DNA of 37,518 nucleotides from Asterionella formosa. Lineage: Eukaryota. A program made the translations under genes and the position numbers. Where the stretch lies: NCBI GenBank assembly GCA_002256025.1, contig NKIB01015221.1:1-37518 (forward strand), in the 5' to 3' direction. This document shows, one piece after another, positions 1 to 12,061 of the stretch (positions are counted from its first letter, which is position 1; every line of letters begins with the position of its first letter). The notes beneath the pieces are model-generated. The model saw only the letters and a list, made by a program, of their open reading frames with translations, was not told the DNA's origin and did not search any database.

Positions 1-2
1 TA

Positions 3-764
3 CCGGAAGTTGCATCCACATCACCAACGTATCGTCTTTTATACTTTAATCTGCGAGGTGCTGCTGAACCCATTCGATACATGTTGGCATTGTGTAAAGA
101 ACCATATCATGACATTCGATATCCCATGACAGCAAGTGCCAAGGGATTTGGTATCGATACCATGTTCCTACAGCACAAGGAACAAGGAACCTTTGATGCC
201 AACATGGGACAGCTACCAATCCTACAAGTAGTAGGATTGAGTAACAGTCATCAGAATTCTGAATTACAAATCATGCAAGTTGGACAATCTCATTCTATAA
301 TGAGATTCTTGGCTCATCGACATGATCTATTTGGAACCAATGAATGGGAACGAGCCAAAATTGATATCATTTATGAATGTGTACGAGATATTAAAGCAAA
401 ATGGTTCAAAGTCAAACAAAACAGTAATAGCAACAACCAGTTCCTTTCTAAGAAGCGCTTTCTGGAACAAGATTTGGTAGTGGCATGTGCACAACTGGAA
501 AAAGTAATTGGACTATCCTCCACCTCTGTATGGTTGGTTGGGAACCGAGTGTCAATGGCGGATGTGGTAGTGTACTCCATGCTAACTAGTCATCACGTGA
601 GCCTCATGACGGGGTCTCCCAACAACTTTTTTGATGGTGCGGATCCCTCCTTGCTTCAGAACTCCTACCAACTTTGTCCAAGGATAAAGGCCAGTATCGA
701 AAACGTCGCCAAAATAAAGGAAATTCGAGAGTGGGAAGAGAAGCGGCCAGATACATTCGGTTGA
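3..764 (+). CDS. Glutathione S-transferase, sigma-like (5' end outside window)
   Basis: The frame is open upstream of the ORF-track Met81 and reads PEVASTSPTYRLLYFNLRGAAEPIRYML, the sigma-class YxLxYFxxRGxAEPIR motif. Also present: GQLPIL (cis-Pro), QSHSIMRFLA, and the C-domain N-capping box WLVGNRVSMADV. Confidence 0.92.
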   Translation, partial: PEVASTSPTYRLLYFNLRGAAEPIRYMLALCKEPYHDIRYPMTASAKGFGIDTMFLQHKEQGTFDANMGQLPILQVVGLSNSHQNSELQIMQVGQSHSIMRFLAHRHDLFGTNEWERAKIDIIYECVRDIKAKWFKVKQNSNSNNQFLSKKRFLEQDLVVACAQLEKVIGLSSTSVWLVGNRVSMADVVVYSMLTSHHVSLMTGSPNNFFDGADPSLLQNSYQLCPRIKASIENVAKIKEIREWEEKRPDTFG

Positions 765-900
765 AGAAGCGTATTTATCATTATCAAGTTTAGTTTCTGC
801 GTTTCTGCTTGCACACAACTAATCGGGCAAATACTTACTAGCGCGGTTGGAAAAGAAAATGTTCAGAAAGAAGCATGTTAGATATGTTTAGACCTATCCA

Positions 901-3558
901 TCAGCCAAAGATTTCCTCGTGAAAGTCAAACTGAACCTTTCTGTCACTGTACTTTACGCATGCTTTCCGACAGATTTTCACCAGCCTTGCAGGAGCACAA
1001 ATGCAAACAGCCACATGCTTCTCTCCATTGGAAATCGCATCTGATCGCATATCTGCAAACAATTTCTTCACATCGGGTCGATTAAGGTGGACAAAGGGTA
1101 GTTGCGCAACCATGCTATTTGCATCCAGTTTGCCTGTCAAGTACACTTGAAGGTCAAGGGCTTGGTAACCATCAACCTGATGGTCATCGGCAATTATGCC
1201 CATGTTGTATGCCTTCCGAACAAGCGTTTCTTCGTCATCGACATCATATGCACAAGTATTCGTGTCATTTTCACTAACAATACCTTGTTCAATGTCAGAG
1301 TCTAGTTCTACTGCCTTTGAAACTTGTGAGGTGGAGGTGGATAGTCTGCGCCAAGCACGAATCTGGGACAGGAATGAACCGTTGCTGTCATTATGGAGGG
1401 AAGTGCAATCATTTTCATCAAATGCATTATCCAGATCAGCAAATTCCTCACTGGGATATTGCTGCTCGAACTCTTCATCAGTGACATTGCTTGTAGCAAC
1501 CATGCTAAGAAGCGTCGATGCAATCCCTATAGTATGATCGCTTTCGACCTCTGCTGCTGCATCACCTTTGTGATTTTGCTTGCTGTTTTGACGATTGAGG
1601 TGACAGGATGAGCTATAGTAAACGTTGCTTGTGCACCGCACCACATCCACTCCTTTCATCACTACGGGATCTCGCTCGACCCAAATGAAGGACAGCTTCT
1701 TCAATTCACGTTTTCCGATACTCTGCTCAGACATGAGATGGTTGCAAATAGCTTGCATGGGAGTTACACCAATCCCTCCAGCAAATAGCATTACCATCTT
1801 GTAGAGATCGCTGAGGAGATCAACCCCAACCGAGCCATATGGGCCTTCCATTAGGACTTTGATCTGAGTCTTCTCCTTGGCAAGGGAATACAGATCAGAT
1901 GTCCAACTTCCGCACTTGCGAATATGCAAGGTTACAATCTTCTGTCCTGGACAACTGGATAAGCTGAATGGATGCCATTCAAAGATGCTCAACTCCGGCA
2001 CGGCAAGATAGATATACTGACCAGGGTTGTAATCAAAACCGTCAGTCTTGGGGAAGCATAGTTCAATAACTGAATCAGAAATGATGCGAATGTTAGCACA
2101 CCTTGGGTTTCGAAACAATGGCATGTATACCTTGCGGATAAACAAGTCCAAGCCCCAAGTCGATGCAGCCAAGATTGGAACGAGTTTGCCTGTATGGAAT
2201 AAAGCGCAAATGATCATTGATAATGCAAATATCACGTGACAGAAGTGAAAAAGTTCAAAGATGCGGTGACGAATCCAAGGCATGGCTGTTATCATCATGA
2301 GTGTCATAAACACAATCAACATTGTTCCTCCCGAGTTTACTTGATCCGAAAACAAGAATGCTGCAAAGTTGGTGTCATTGCCTTTCAATGTGCTTGGTGG
2401 AAATGCGCCCGTATTCTGAACAACAGTTGGATGCACGAAGGCCACATATGTATGAAGAATTCCATTGACATAGGCAAGTCTTGCCGAAAGCTTATGATAC
2501 CACAGGGCACGATCAATAGGAATACCGAAAAGCAATGTCAAGAATGAGTTGCGCATGGCTGTTACGAAACAGAAAATGAGTGGTGTCCTCGCCATGTGAC
2601 CAGACATGCTTACTGATTTATCAAAAAAGGAAAAGAAGGTTCCAGCTACAATAAGAGCAAAGAATGGAAGCACCAAAATAAGCTCGCCCCATGTAGAAAC
2701 GACGCCAGCCTTGCCGAGCATTTTACTGCAGCAAAGACGGCGTTGAAGTATGTACGACATGTTCCAGCGGCAATTATATATGGAACGAAATAAATCCAAC
2801 AGTTTTGGGGAGTGGCGAAGCACAAAATAGAGAGGAGGAAACTCTAAGGCTTGATGAGGATTGTTGGTGCACAAAACATCTTGAAAGTACAACGATTTGC
2901 TTTTGGAGAGATTGTAAGGATCCTTTGGAATTGTTGGGGTCTCTTGATTGGGTAGAGTCATATCACTGACAATCGACATGTTAGAAGTTCGTCGTTTGGA
3001 AGGAATAAAGTAGTTTTGAAACTGGTTGGAGATGCGTCGGTGAAACTGATTGGAAAACCGTCTTGGAGCATGACAAACATGAAAGTCACCATGAGAGTGC
3101 CGGCGAGGAGTCACATTACAGGTATTTCGATCAGAACTACTCGACAAATCATCTTCAGTCGAAGCAGAAGTGCGATCGGTTGATTTCAATTCCCTGAATG
3201 AATTCAATGGAAGCATTCCTGTGGAAGTTGTCCGATACAGGGGAGGTCGTGGAATGTTTGAATTGTTGACAATGACCCCCAGTTGTGCATCTAGTACAAA
3301 TCGATTGATATTTTGAGGATTAGTAGATTTGTCCATCAAAGTGAGGTGAGGATGGAGCACATCTATCGATTTCCCCATAGTAGTCAACGTATCAAGCGTT
3401 GCTCCTTCCTTCATGGTTGATCCTTTATGCCCCATGGAGCGAGAAAGTTTCGGATGAGTTTTGGAGGGCTCAGTGCATCGTTGAAATGCCGAGGTTTCCA
3501 CATGTATCTTGCCTACATGGCTTCTTGACTTTTCATTAAGCCGTACATCACCCTGCAT
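901..3558 (-). CDS. Ferric reductase / NADPH oxidase superfamily flavocytochrome b
   Basis: Two heme-ligating His pairs in TM helices (WYH-x13-H; FCH-x13-H), FAD motifs PGQYIYL and EWHPFSLSS, NADPH motifs MEGPYG and AGGIGVTP, C-terminal VCICAP and FDFHEEIFG. The true start within the long N-terminal extension is uncertain. Confidence 0.93.
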   Translation of the reverse strand: MQGDVRLNEKSRSHVGKIHVETSAFQRCTEPSKTHPKLSRSMGHKGSTMKEGATLDTLTTMGKSIDVLHPHLTLMDKSTNPQNINRFVLDAQLGVIVNNSNIPRPPLYRTTSTGMLPLNSFRELKSTDRTSASTEDDLSSSSDRNTCNVTPRRHSHGDFHVCHAPRRFSNQFHRRISNQFQNYFIPSKRRTSNMSIVSDMTLPNQETPTIPKDPYNLSKSKSLYFQDVLCTNNPHQALEFPPLYFVLRHSPKLLDLFRSIYNCRWNMSYILQRRLCCSKMLGKAGVVSTWGELILVLPFFALIVAGTFFSFFDKSVSMSGHMARTPLIFCFVTAMRNSFLTLLFGIPIDRALWYHKLSARLAYVNGILHTYVAFVHPTVVQNTGAFPPSTLKGNDTNFAAFLFSDQVNSGGTMLIVFMTLMMITAMPWIRHRIFELFHFCHVIFALSMIICALFHTGKLVPILAASTWGLDLFIRKVYMPLFRNPRCANIRIISDSVIELCFPKTDGFDYNPGQYIYLAVPELSIFEWHPFSLSSCPGQKIVTLHIRKCGSWTSDLYSLAKEKTQIKVLMEGPYGSVGVDLLSDLYKMVMLFAGGIGVTPMQAICNHLMSEQSIGKRELKKLSFIWVERDPVVMKGVDVVRCTSNVYYSSSCHLNRQNSKQNHKGDAAAEVESDHTIGIASTLLSMVATSNVTDEEFEQQYPSEEFADLDNAFDENDCTSLHNDSNGSFLSQIRAWRRLSTSTSQVSKAVELDSDIEQGIVSENDTNTCAYDVDDEETLVRKAYNMGIIADDHQVDGYQALDLQVYLTGKLDANSMVAQLPFVHLNRPDVKKLFADMRSDAISNGEKHVAVCICAPARLVKICRKACVKYSDRKVQFDFHEEIFG

Positions 3559-5689
3559 AGTATAGGTTGTTTGAATTCAGAATCATCAGTGAGAATCGAT
3601 AGGAAACTTGTTGTTGGCGCTTCGCATGACAAGCCTATACTAGTCACCAACCATCATTCAATGGAAATAATTAGTTGAACGGAGACAAACATTCTGTTTC
3701 CATGCTTCAAGTGATCAAAAACCAATGACTTAAGCGTTGATATATTATAACCGAGCATAGATTTGGGAAGAACAAACTCATCGGAAGAAACGAAAATTTC
3801 GCAGCGAATGAAGCAGTTATGCTGTCTGCTTTGCTTGTGATGTCACTTACAGTTGATGCTCTTCGTGGTTTCGACAAAACATTGACTTCTTGCTCCTGCC
3901 AATACGAGATTGGATAAGGGTTCATTTTGAAAATTGACCTTCTATAATGGGTGTTAAAGTATGAAAGAATGGATAGAAATTTTATGCTATGCATTTTGTG
4001 AGTTCGCGAAGCGTTGACCATGATCAGTGGAGCCCATTCTGTTGGGAGCGGGAATTGCTTCTAAATAATCGCAATTATGACCGTTTCAAACATCCTTTCA
4101 TGCCTGTCACGGATTCCCTGACGCGAATGAAACCATTTAATAATACCGAAACATTGTATGTAGAGCATTTTACCAGTAGCTTTATCATGATCCATAGAGA
4201 TTTCGAGACAGTCATTTCTCATGTGGTACTCCTATTCTGTTAATTCGTTGAATAGTATACCAGCTGGTCGTTGTGGTACCCATCCATCTCAAATCCAAGA
4301 TGTCGCTGCGACTTATGTCGTAGAATGTCTCTTGAATGGTCATTTTCCCATTGATGGTCACAGAACTAAACTGCCGGTACCAGGTACCCAGTATGATATG
4401 TACAGAAATTAGCCATCCATATTATTTATCTTTCTCGTTTGCCGCTACTCTGACTATGTTTGGACCGGTACATGCTGTGTCGGGTTTGTGTAATTTTGAG
4501 ACCACTATTGCTCGACAATGGTCATTATTAAACATCTGAATGAAAATACGGGAATTACTCATGCGCATTCAGTAACCTGGGGTCATTTTGCTGAAATGGA
4601 CACCACGACGCAGGATGGGGCGCTTAAGATCTTCATTATAAATAAAGAACGTCATCAAGTCATCTCTGATTCGAGTGTATCATGACTTATTGACGCAGGT
4701 TTTGTGCTAATTATTTGGGAAACGTCCAAGCAAATGACCAGTGCATCAAAAGGGCGGCCCAAAGCAAAAGTATGCAATACTAAAGCAAGTAATGCTTCCA
4801 TTGCTTTATTCTCTCCAAACTCCAAATCATTTTCCTTTTCCGGCCAAAGTGATGAAAAAACCAATAATGTACAGTGCTATATCAATTAGAAAATGCTGGC
4901 TGGTGTGCAAACCATATTCCAAGAGAAGTTGACATGATCCTTCTGTTGTTAATATGCATATTGATTCTACATGACCTAAACTGGTTATTTCCTTTATCAA
5001 ATATATTTGCACCACATTATGTGCCAGTGTGCTGAGTTGAAGTTGTGATACCTTTGCTGAAACTGATAACTGGGTCCTGCTGACATTTTTTGAGTCACCT
5101 TCTTTGGGAACATATTTCATTCTAAGTTTGAAATCTTGACAAGAGTTGAATTGGCCCAGCATAGCGATTAGTAGTGAACGTAATTTCTGTGAGATCACAA
5201 GTCATGTTAGTATATGATATACTTCCAAACAGGAAATTCAAGCAAATCACATCCAAATCTTGCCATGCTGTGCAATCTGGTGGATTCAAATGACTGGACA
5301 CCTTCATTGAATTGTGATTAATCCCAGCAGGTCTGATAACAATTGTAGGCTTATCCTTGTTTCCTCCCCCAATAGGACGTTGAGAAATCGATAGGAATTG
5401 TCATCATGAAACTAACAGAATCATGTATCGACTGCCAATGTATAAGAAACCCCAGTGAGCATTTTCAGGATGACTAAATGTCAAACATCAGAGAGGACTA
5501 TCAAAAAATGTTTACCAGAGACGAGGTTCCAAACCTCTGAGAGAGTTGCAAATCCACAAAACAAGCCATGATTTATAGTAATCAGGCAAAATTAAATTTC
5601 TATATATTTTGCAAATCAAAAACTATTAGATAACTCTTCATGACAGGTCCCAAGAAGGTTGCCGACTTGTCTATGCGAAAATTGGTAGA

Positions 5690-5835
5690 TCCTGTATTTG
5701 TGAATTTATTGCTGTGCAACCCAAGCTGAGTAAGACTTGACAGGAGTCCAATTTCTGTCGGGACTGTTCCAGGCAGTGAAAGCATTGCCAAATAAAAATA
5801 CCTTATTCAAAAACCCAATCTTTCTCGTCTGCAAA
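5690..5835 (-). pseudogene. Leucine-rich-repeat gene fragment
   Basis: The minus strand reads KIGFLNKVFLFGNAFT, then after a frameshift GTVPTEIGLLSSLTQLGLHSNKFT. This fits the plant-type LRR consensus (GxIPxEIGxLxxLxxLxLxxNxFT). Confidence 0.7.
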
Positions 5836-7206
5836 TAAAAATTATCATGCATATAGGATCAAGGGTATTGTACGCTACTAAGTGGCACAGGATTTTCATA
5901 CATATGATAATTTTTGGATCAAAACTATGATCAATCATGTATCCTATTTATGATTTATTAATATTTTACCAAACTTGAAGTATAATAATAAGAACATTAT
6001 TATCACACAATGTATATCAACTGATCAACAACATATCTTATCAATATCATAAACCTTCTCATTTATTTTCACTTATTGTGATTGCCAAATGTAAATTATT
6101 AATACAATGCATCCTAAAATCAGCTCAACTCTATGCCATCATGTGAATTTTGTTTCATCGTATAACTATCTTAAACATGATCATAGTTCTAATCACAACA
6201 AGCATTATTCAAAATAGATTGAAATGGATCGTAATTTAACTATCAAATTTAGCAATGCTGTCTATAATTCTACAGGCCAGCGACCCAATATTTCTCTCTC
6301 TACTTGGCTCAATGTATATTGTTCCTATCTTGCCCTTTCCTTCCTCTATTCTGAATCTTGTGCTATGCAGTGCTTGCTTAATGTCTTGTCTCTATCCTTG
6401 CTGTTAGTGACACTCTGAACTTGCCGACTATTCCGTTGTTTGATTTGTTTTATTGTCCTATGCAGTTACAGTAACAATGTGAAGGAATGACTTGTTCGCT
6501 AGTCATGTTACACTGACACAACATCACGAAAATCCATCGTATCGTCTTGCTTCACTTAACACGAATCAAAGCAACTGATGCATATGTCTGTTATAGTAAA
6601 TTGTCAGTCAGTTCTTGAATAAGTAAGTTTCAGGTATCCAATGTTGTCGAATAAGACTTACCGATTCATTTTCGTTAGCTTAACTTGCTTTGAGAGAACA
6701 AGGTAAACGTGTCTGTCAGTTATACTCCAACAGTAGTGAATAGGTCCAATGACAAGAGCATTACCAATTTTTTTACATGTATATAGTTATAAAATTTGTA
6801 AATATATAAATATACTAAGTGTCATATATTTATAAAATTCAAAGGCACTCTCAATATGGCACATCTGGTAAAACTCATGACTGATGATCATATTCGAATC
6901 ATATACATAATTCGAAAATATTCAATGCACGACATGTCCATTGTTTTCCACGACTTCATGTACTGGTACTGTTTCTGGAATTTGTTTGCATAAATATTTT
7001 TTATGTCCATACTAGTCATTTAAAACATTCAATTGGTTGAAGAAGTCACAACCCATTTGTATCATTATTTATACACAAGGATTCTGGTAGCTAATTATTT
7101 AAGCCCCTTACTTGGCGGGAGTTCTTCATGTGTATATCATATGATCATAAAATTTTATCATATATATACAGAGTACCAGTAGCAGGTAGGAAGTGATATA
7201 CTGTCT

Positions 7207-7436
7207 GGGGGTAGTCGGAGTAGTAAGTGAGCAACAGAAGACCATATGTTCAGGATTGTTGCTACTGCAGCGGGACAGTAAATCATCATAGTTTTAGGAT
7301 TGTATGATCCTAAAATTGAAAGGGGGTAGTCGGAGTAGTAAGCAAGCAACAGAACACCATATGTTCAGGACTGCTGCTACTGCAGTGGGACAGTAAATCA
7401 TCATAGTTTCAGGATCGAATGATCATAAAATTGAAA
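7207..7436 (+). repeat. Tandem duplication, 2 x 115 bp
   Basis: GGGGGTAGTCGGAGTAGTAAG...AAAATTGAAA occurs at 7207-7321 and 7322-7436, ungapped, with scattered substitutions. Confidence 0.95.
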
Positions 7437-7820
7437 GCAAGATATGCTATTACTCAAACTCGGTTCTAATGTAAATAGCACTGTTGGTCTTATGATATCA
7501 TAACTAGACAGCGTAAAATATCATATGTAGTGGCTGATGAGTCATTTCATTGTAACAACACCTGATTTTAAGATCATCGAACTTAAGGAAGACAACGACA
7601 ACAGTTATCTGGTAGTAAAATGTCTTCAAAAAACCATAAAGAGGTTCACGGAAACAAGCGACATGTGGCAAATACTGCCGGTATGAAAAAATTATGCAAG
7701 TACCAAAATGAGTTTGTAAAAAAAGCGAATCAGTGATTATGAAAAGGAACCCAATCGGCGACAGGGAGTTAGTGGGGGAACTACCCCATTGTCAATGGGT
7801 ACACCATCAGCTACACAGAA

Positions 7821-9051
7821 TCACCTAATTGATACTAAAAGCGATGATGAAGTTTCTTCTTCAGTTGTTGCTGCAAGAAAAATGGCTCTTGTCGATAATA
7901 CAATTGATAAATCCCGGTTGCACAGTTCATCCAAAATTGCATTTTTTCCTGGATCACGGACTTGACATAATCCATCATTTATAGCAAAAAGATAATGCAC
8001 AAAATGGTTGTTTTCCTCCTCATCTGATCTTTTGCAATAAACAATTAGCACATACAGAAGTTACTGTCATGATGAAGTGGATGACAATCACCTTGCTATA
8101 CATACGGTTTGTTTTAACCAATTTCTGGGTTCTCATCCAGATCAAATATAACTTTTACATCAGTTGGATGAAGTTCATGAAATCTAAATTGGATCAAAGA
8201 GGTAATTTTTTTATGTTCCCAATATGCAAGATCTTTAAAATCTGAAGATAATTTTTTGATATCTTTGACTCCATAAAATACAGAGGCGTAATTGCATATT
8301 TCTTGTGGGGTAAGTGTGTACAAATCATTCCACAACTTTAGTTGTCCATGCGTTTTCGGAAAACTCAAGGAAAATGCAGTTTGCTTTGGCATAATAACTC
8401 TACACATTTCATATGCCGATCCTTCACAAAAGTAGCTGCCTTCGGGATTGTTCTATGATTTGGAAAAAGATTCAATTATGTTATTCAAACTTCGTTCCTG
8501 ACTCAGTGCATCAACTGCCTTAGCCAGCATCACATCTATTTCTGCATTAATCTTCTTGAATTTGAGGTGTTAATCTAGTGCAGACTTTTTCTTGAATATC
8601 TTTTCTTTTAGAAATGCGATAGTTTCTCTGCTTTCATGATATTAATCTTGATGTTCTGGACGAAAAGTGAGACATATCTCTTGGTTTTGCAACTTTTCAA
8701 CCATTTCTACTTCAGAAGTGATGTCTCCCACATTTCCGCCGGTTTTTTTTCATTGCATGAACTTGTTCATTCAATAAAAAAATGAATGAGAATCACTGAG
8801 TTCTTCATACATTATCTTTGATGTCAGGAGAACAAAAACGACACTAGATGGAACTGTGACTCTGTAGGAATATCCTCTTCATCCATGAAGAACAACTGTT
8901 TGGGTTTCCTCTTCGAAAGCAATCTTTCCTTCTTTTCAATCTCTGCCACCATTGTACCGGCATACTTCATTATTTTTTCTGAAGTATTATGAATCTGTTC
9001 AAATTCATCTGATCTTTGAGTGTATTCAAAGGAATCTTCGATTGATTTCAT
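7821..9051 (-). pseudogene. Degenerate ORF (~400 codons), product unknown
   Basis: Three ORF-track fragments are linked by one frame from 8812 to 8114 (MYEELSDSHSFFY*MNKFMQ*KKTGGNV...EHQD*YHES...ALD*HLK...FSKS*NNPEGSYFCEGSAYEMCRV...). It is interrupted by isolated stops, with frameshifts at either end. Confidence 0.6.
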
Positions 9052-10254
9052 AAATTTCTTAATCTACTTTTCCGAAAACATAAAGTCGTGTAGTGTAAAC
9101 GACAGAAGTAAGTCAAGTTTCTTGTTTGACTGATCTTTTCCATGGAACTAGGGAAATGCGGAGCTTTTTGAGACGCTTGTGGTGGTGCAACTGGTGTGAT
9201 GGTAACCGAGTGTACTGTAGTAATTGATGAACAGAGCACAGTGTAATATGCATGTTGCGCCAGCGGCTATATATATAGAGTGTTTACACAATAAATATAT
9301 ATAACAAGGAAAAACGACATGACGATGCATGTAATGGCTGGCTGTGGAGGATACCGGTAGGTGATATGCATCAATCCATATCACAAATCATAATTTGGTG
9401 ATGTATAAATCAATGCATCCGTATACTTACATCCTATTCACAATATAATACTATAATATTTACTATTCGATTTTACTGTATATATTTAAAGTCGAATATA
9501 TTATAGTAACAAATATACTTTATGCTTAATCAATCTTTTTTCTATGATGTATTGATAACACTTGTGTACATATTTTATCGTATTTTATTAGCTAACAAGA
9601 TCATATTTTGATTAAAAATATATCATAAACATTTTATTAAATCATCATAGTTCTATGATCAATGTATCATAGCTATGTGATAAACATTATTAAATATTAT
9701 GTATCATATATTGGTGATGTATGTATCAAAGTAACCCTATCGTAATATCACATTATCATTTTATCAATCATTCAATGTTGATTGGAAACTGTACTCTGCA
9801 TCATACTGCGGAGTATGATATTATAACATGCACTTGCTCTAGCTAAGTCACTGCTGTAATATACTTAAGGAGAAAGGGTATGTACACACATGCTAAGCAG
9901 GTTTGAAGCAACGGACAGTTCCAACGAGCAAATGAAGTTATGGGTACCAATTTTTCCAGCAGCAAACCACAATGATGAAGGTCACTTGTCCCTCCATTGA
10001 TGATGACACGTACACCGCCGGCTTTTACAGGAGAAAACAACAATGAAGAGAGTCACTTGTCGCTCCATTGATGGTAACAAAGATGCGTACAAGTTCAACG
10101 TATTTCCTTTTTATGCTGAATCTCAATAGTAGATGTAGTATCATGTGAGAATTGAAAATGTCAACGAGATTAAGTAGATTGTGTTTTTTTACGAGTTGAT
10201 TGGCGAGATTGTAATGCTAGTGGTCGACGAAACGGATTTACTTCTCAACCAGAT

Positions 10255-12061
10255 GGACAAGCAAGAGAATTTGACTAGTAACCCAATCTGTGATGACTGG
10301 GAGTCTACAAATGAAAGCATTATTCTGCTATGATAAATATTCAAGGCTAATTAAGACTCAAATATCATTGGCTTTTTTTTAGCTATAGGAGAAATTGTTT
10401 CCTGACAGCCCTACTACTAGCTCAGAATGAATTTTCAAGAGTCAAATCACTGTAGGTATTGTATCAGTGAAAGCATTGCCATTCAAACATAGATATCTAA
10501 GTGTTTTGAAAATTCCAAAATCTGTGGGGACTTTGCTGTGAAAGCAGTTTTAGCAACAATAAAGAAATGAATCTTCTTGTCAAGAGTCCAATCTCATTTG
10601 GTAGTTTATCATTAAAATATAGGTGCCCTTTGTATGATCATACTAGAGTCGTGTTTTCAAGTATCCAATCTCGGTTGGTGGTGTGTCTGTTGTTGAATAT
10701 AATTTTAGTTAATTCAGAGATTGTGCCAAAAATTGTTGGATAACTATAAAGAAGTGAGACTTGTCATTAAGAATGCTATTTCTGGGGGAATCTTTCCTAC
10801 AGGACCTACTCCACTACTCAGGTGCAATGATTCACTCCAGCTGCGAGGAATCCCATCCCAGTTAGAAAAATCATATTTAGAAGTTTCATTTTTTTTCAAC
10901 CATTGGTTGAAGAGGGATGCAGATGCGTGAAATGTATTCACTACCCTTTGGTTGCATGCCAGAGGGTTCATAAAAGAGAACAGCCAATGCATAGAATTGC
11001 AAGAGATTGTAGTCTGCAACAGGGGGTTGTACAGATATTTCCCTGCGTTCCATTGCCTGTTGTTGTGATGAGCCAAAAATGGTAAGTGTCAACCAACCAT
11101 CAAATGAAATCCAACCAAACTTATAGATGGACTTCTTGCTGATGAAATTGATGAAGCCACTCCTGATGGCATGCTGGAAAATGTAGGTAATTACATGTCA
11201 GTTGGAATGGGTTTTGGTGAGGTAAAAATGATGGTAATAGCAGCTATTACACAAGTCACTTTGAATGTCACCAAGTATGCATGCCCTCATTTGACATTCA
11301 TGCTGTGATTGTCCTTCTGTCTCACTATCAGTGACAGCCAGTCACAGTGGTAAACACAGGATCACCTATTAAAGAACTGGCATTAATTATTGTGTCTAGC
11401 TCCTGCTGGTGCTGATCCTGGGGGTCAGTGGAGTTTAATGATGTGTTCAAATGAGATGAAGGAGTCACCTGTTGCTAGCAGACCTGGTCCTCCTCCTGCT
11501 ACAGATCTCCGTCTCATGTGTAACATTGATGGTGCGTGATGAGATGAGATCCTCTAGTGAGACTTGGACAGGAATGAGGTACAAATTGGAAGAATCACTC
11601 ATAACAGCTTTCACAGACAGTAAAAATCTTGAGGAATTGGCATTTACTCCATTGTGGCCTTATCTCGCTCCTTCCATTTGTTGTCTCTTTGCTTTGCGAT
11701 TGGGTGTTTCTTGATGAATACATGATGCTTGACATCTTGAATTTTTTGGGATTCCTACTATTCAAATTCTGTCTCTTCCACCAGCCATTTTTTGCTTCTT
11801 CCACAACTGAGAGATTCTGTGATTATACACAATGACCACTAGTAGTACAGGAGATAGCTTTTTGAGAATCGGTTTTGCCTTTGTGTCCTCACTGCTGGCA
11901 TCTATGTGCACGAATCTGGTTGCCCCTATTTGCACACAATTGGCTGATTCTTTTTGTTGCTGGTTCATGAAATCATTTGATTGGATTGGGAGGAGGATTC
12001 TCCTCATCATAGCTATGGCCTGGCTTGTACTTTTCTCTTTGGGTTCCTTCTCTTTTGCCAT
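10255..12061 (-). pseudogene. Decayed diatom-type LRR receptor-like gene
   Basis: Frame-broken pieces appear in the expected order: low-complexity N-terminus (QIGATRFV, PGSAPAGARH), SSQQQAM...LLQFYALAVLFYEPSG (QRYALAVLYY-type cap), QWL...NWDGI, then LRRs GKIPPEIAFL, PPTEIGYL, KLPNEIGLL, KVPTDFGIFKTLRYLCLNGNAFTDTIPT, QIGLL. Confidence 0.75.

Larger units (their letters stand above)
5840..9842. mobile_element. AT-rich ~4 kb segment, candidate decayed mobile element of unknown class
   Basis: Lies between two LRR pseudogene pieces and has very AT-rich ends. An ATCATAGTT/AACTATGAT motif recurs (~5922, 6180, 7285, 7400, 9644). It contains a 115-bp tandem duplication and a dead ORF. Boundaries are approximate and I found no TIR or TSD. 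Confidence 0.4.

Noticed and set aside
4600..5600. Short minus-strand ORFs (4655-4864, 4827-5198) as genes
   Set aside because: They are fragmentary, CpG-poor and have no recognisable motif. They may be more decayed coding sequence but cannot be assigned.
7207..7436. CRISPR-like array (also considered for 9981-10078 and the TACCWGGTA clusters)
   Set aside because: There are only two units or irregular spacing, no unique spacers of constant length, no cas genes, and the context is eukaryotic.
9800..9842. Hairpin followed by CTAG as a Helitron 3' end
   Set aside because: The spacing is ~20 nt, the next base is C rather than T, and no Rep/helicase motifs or matching TC 5' end were found.
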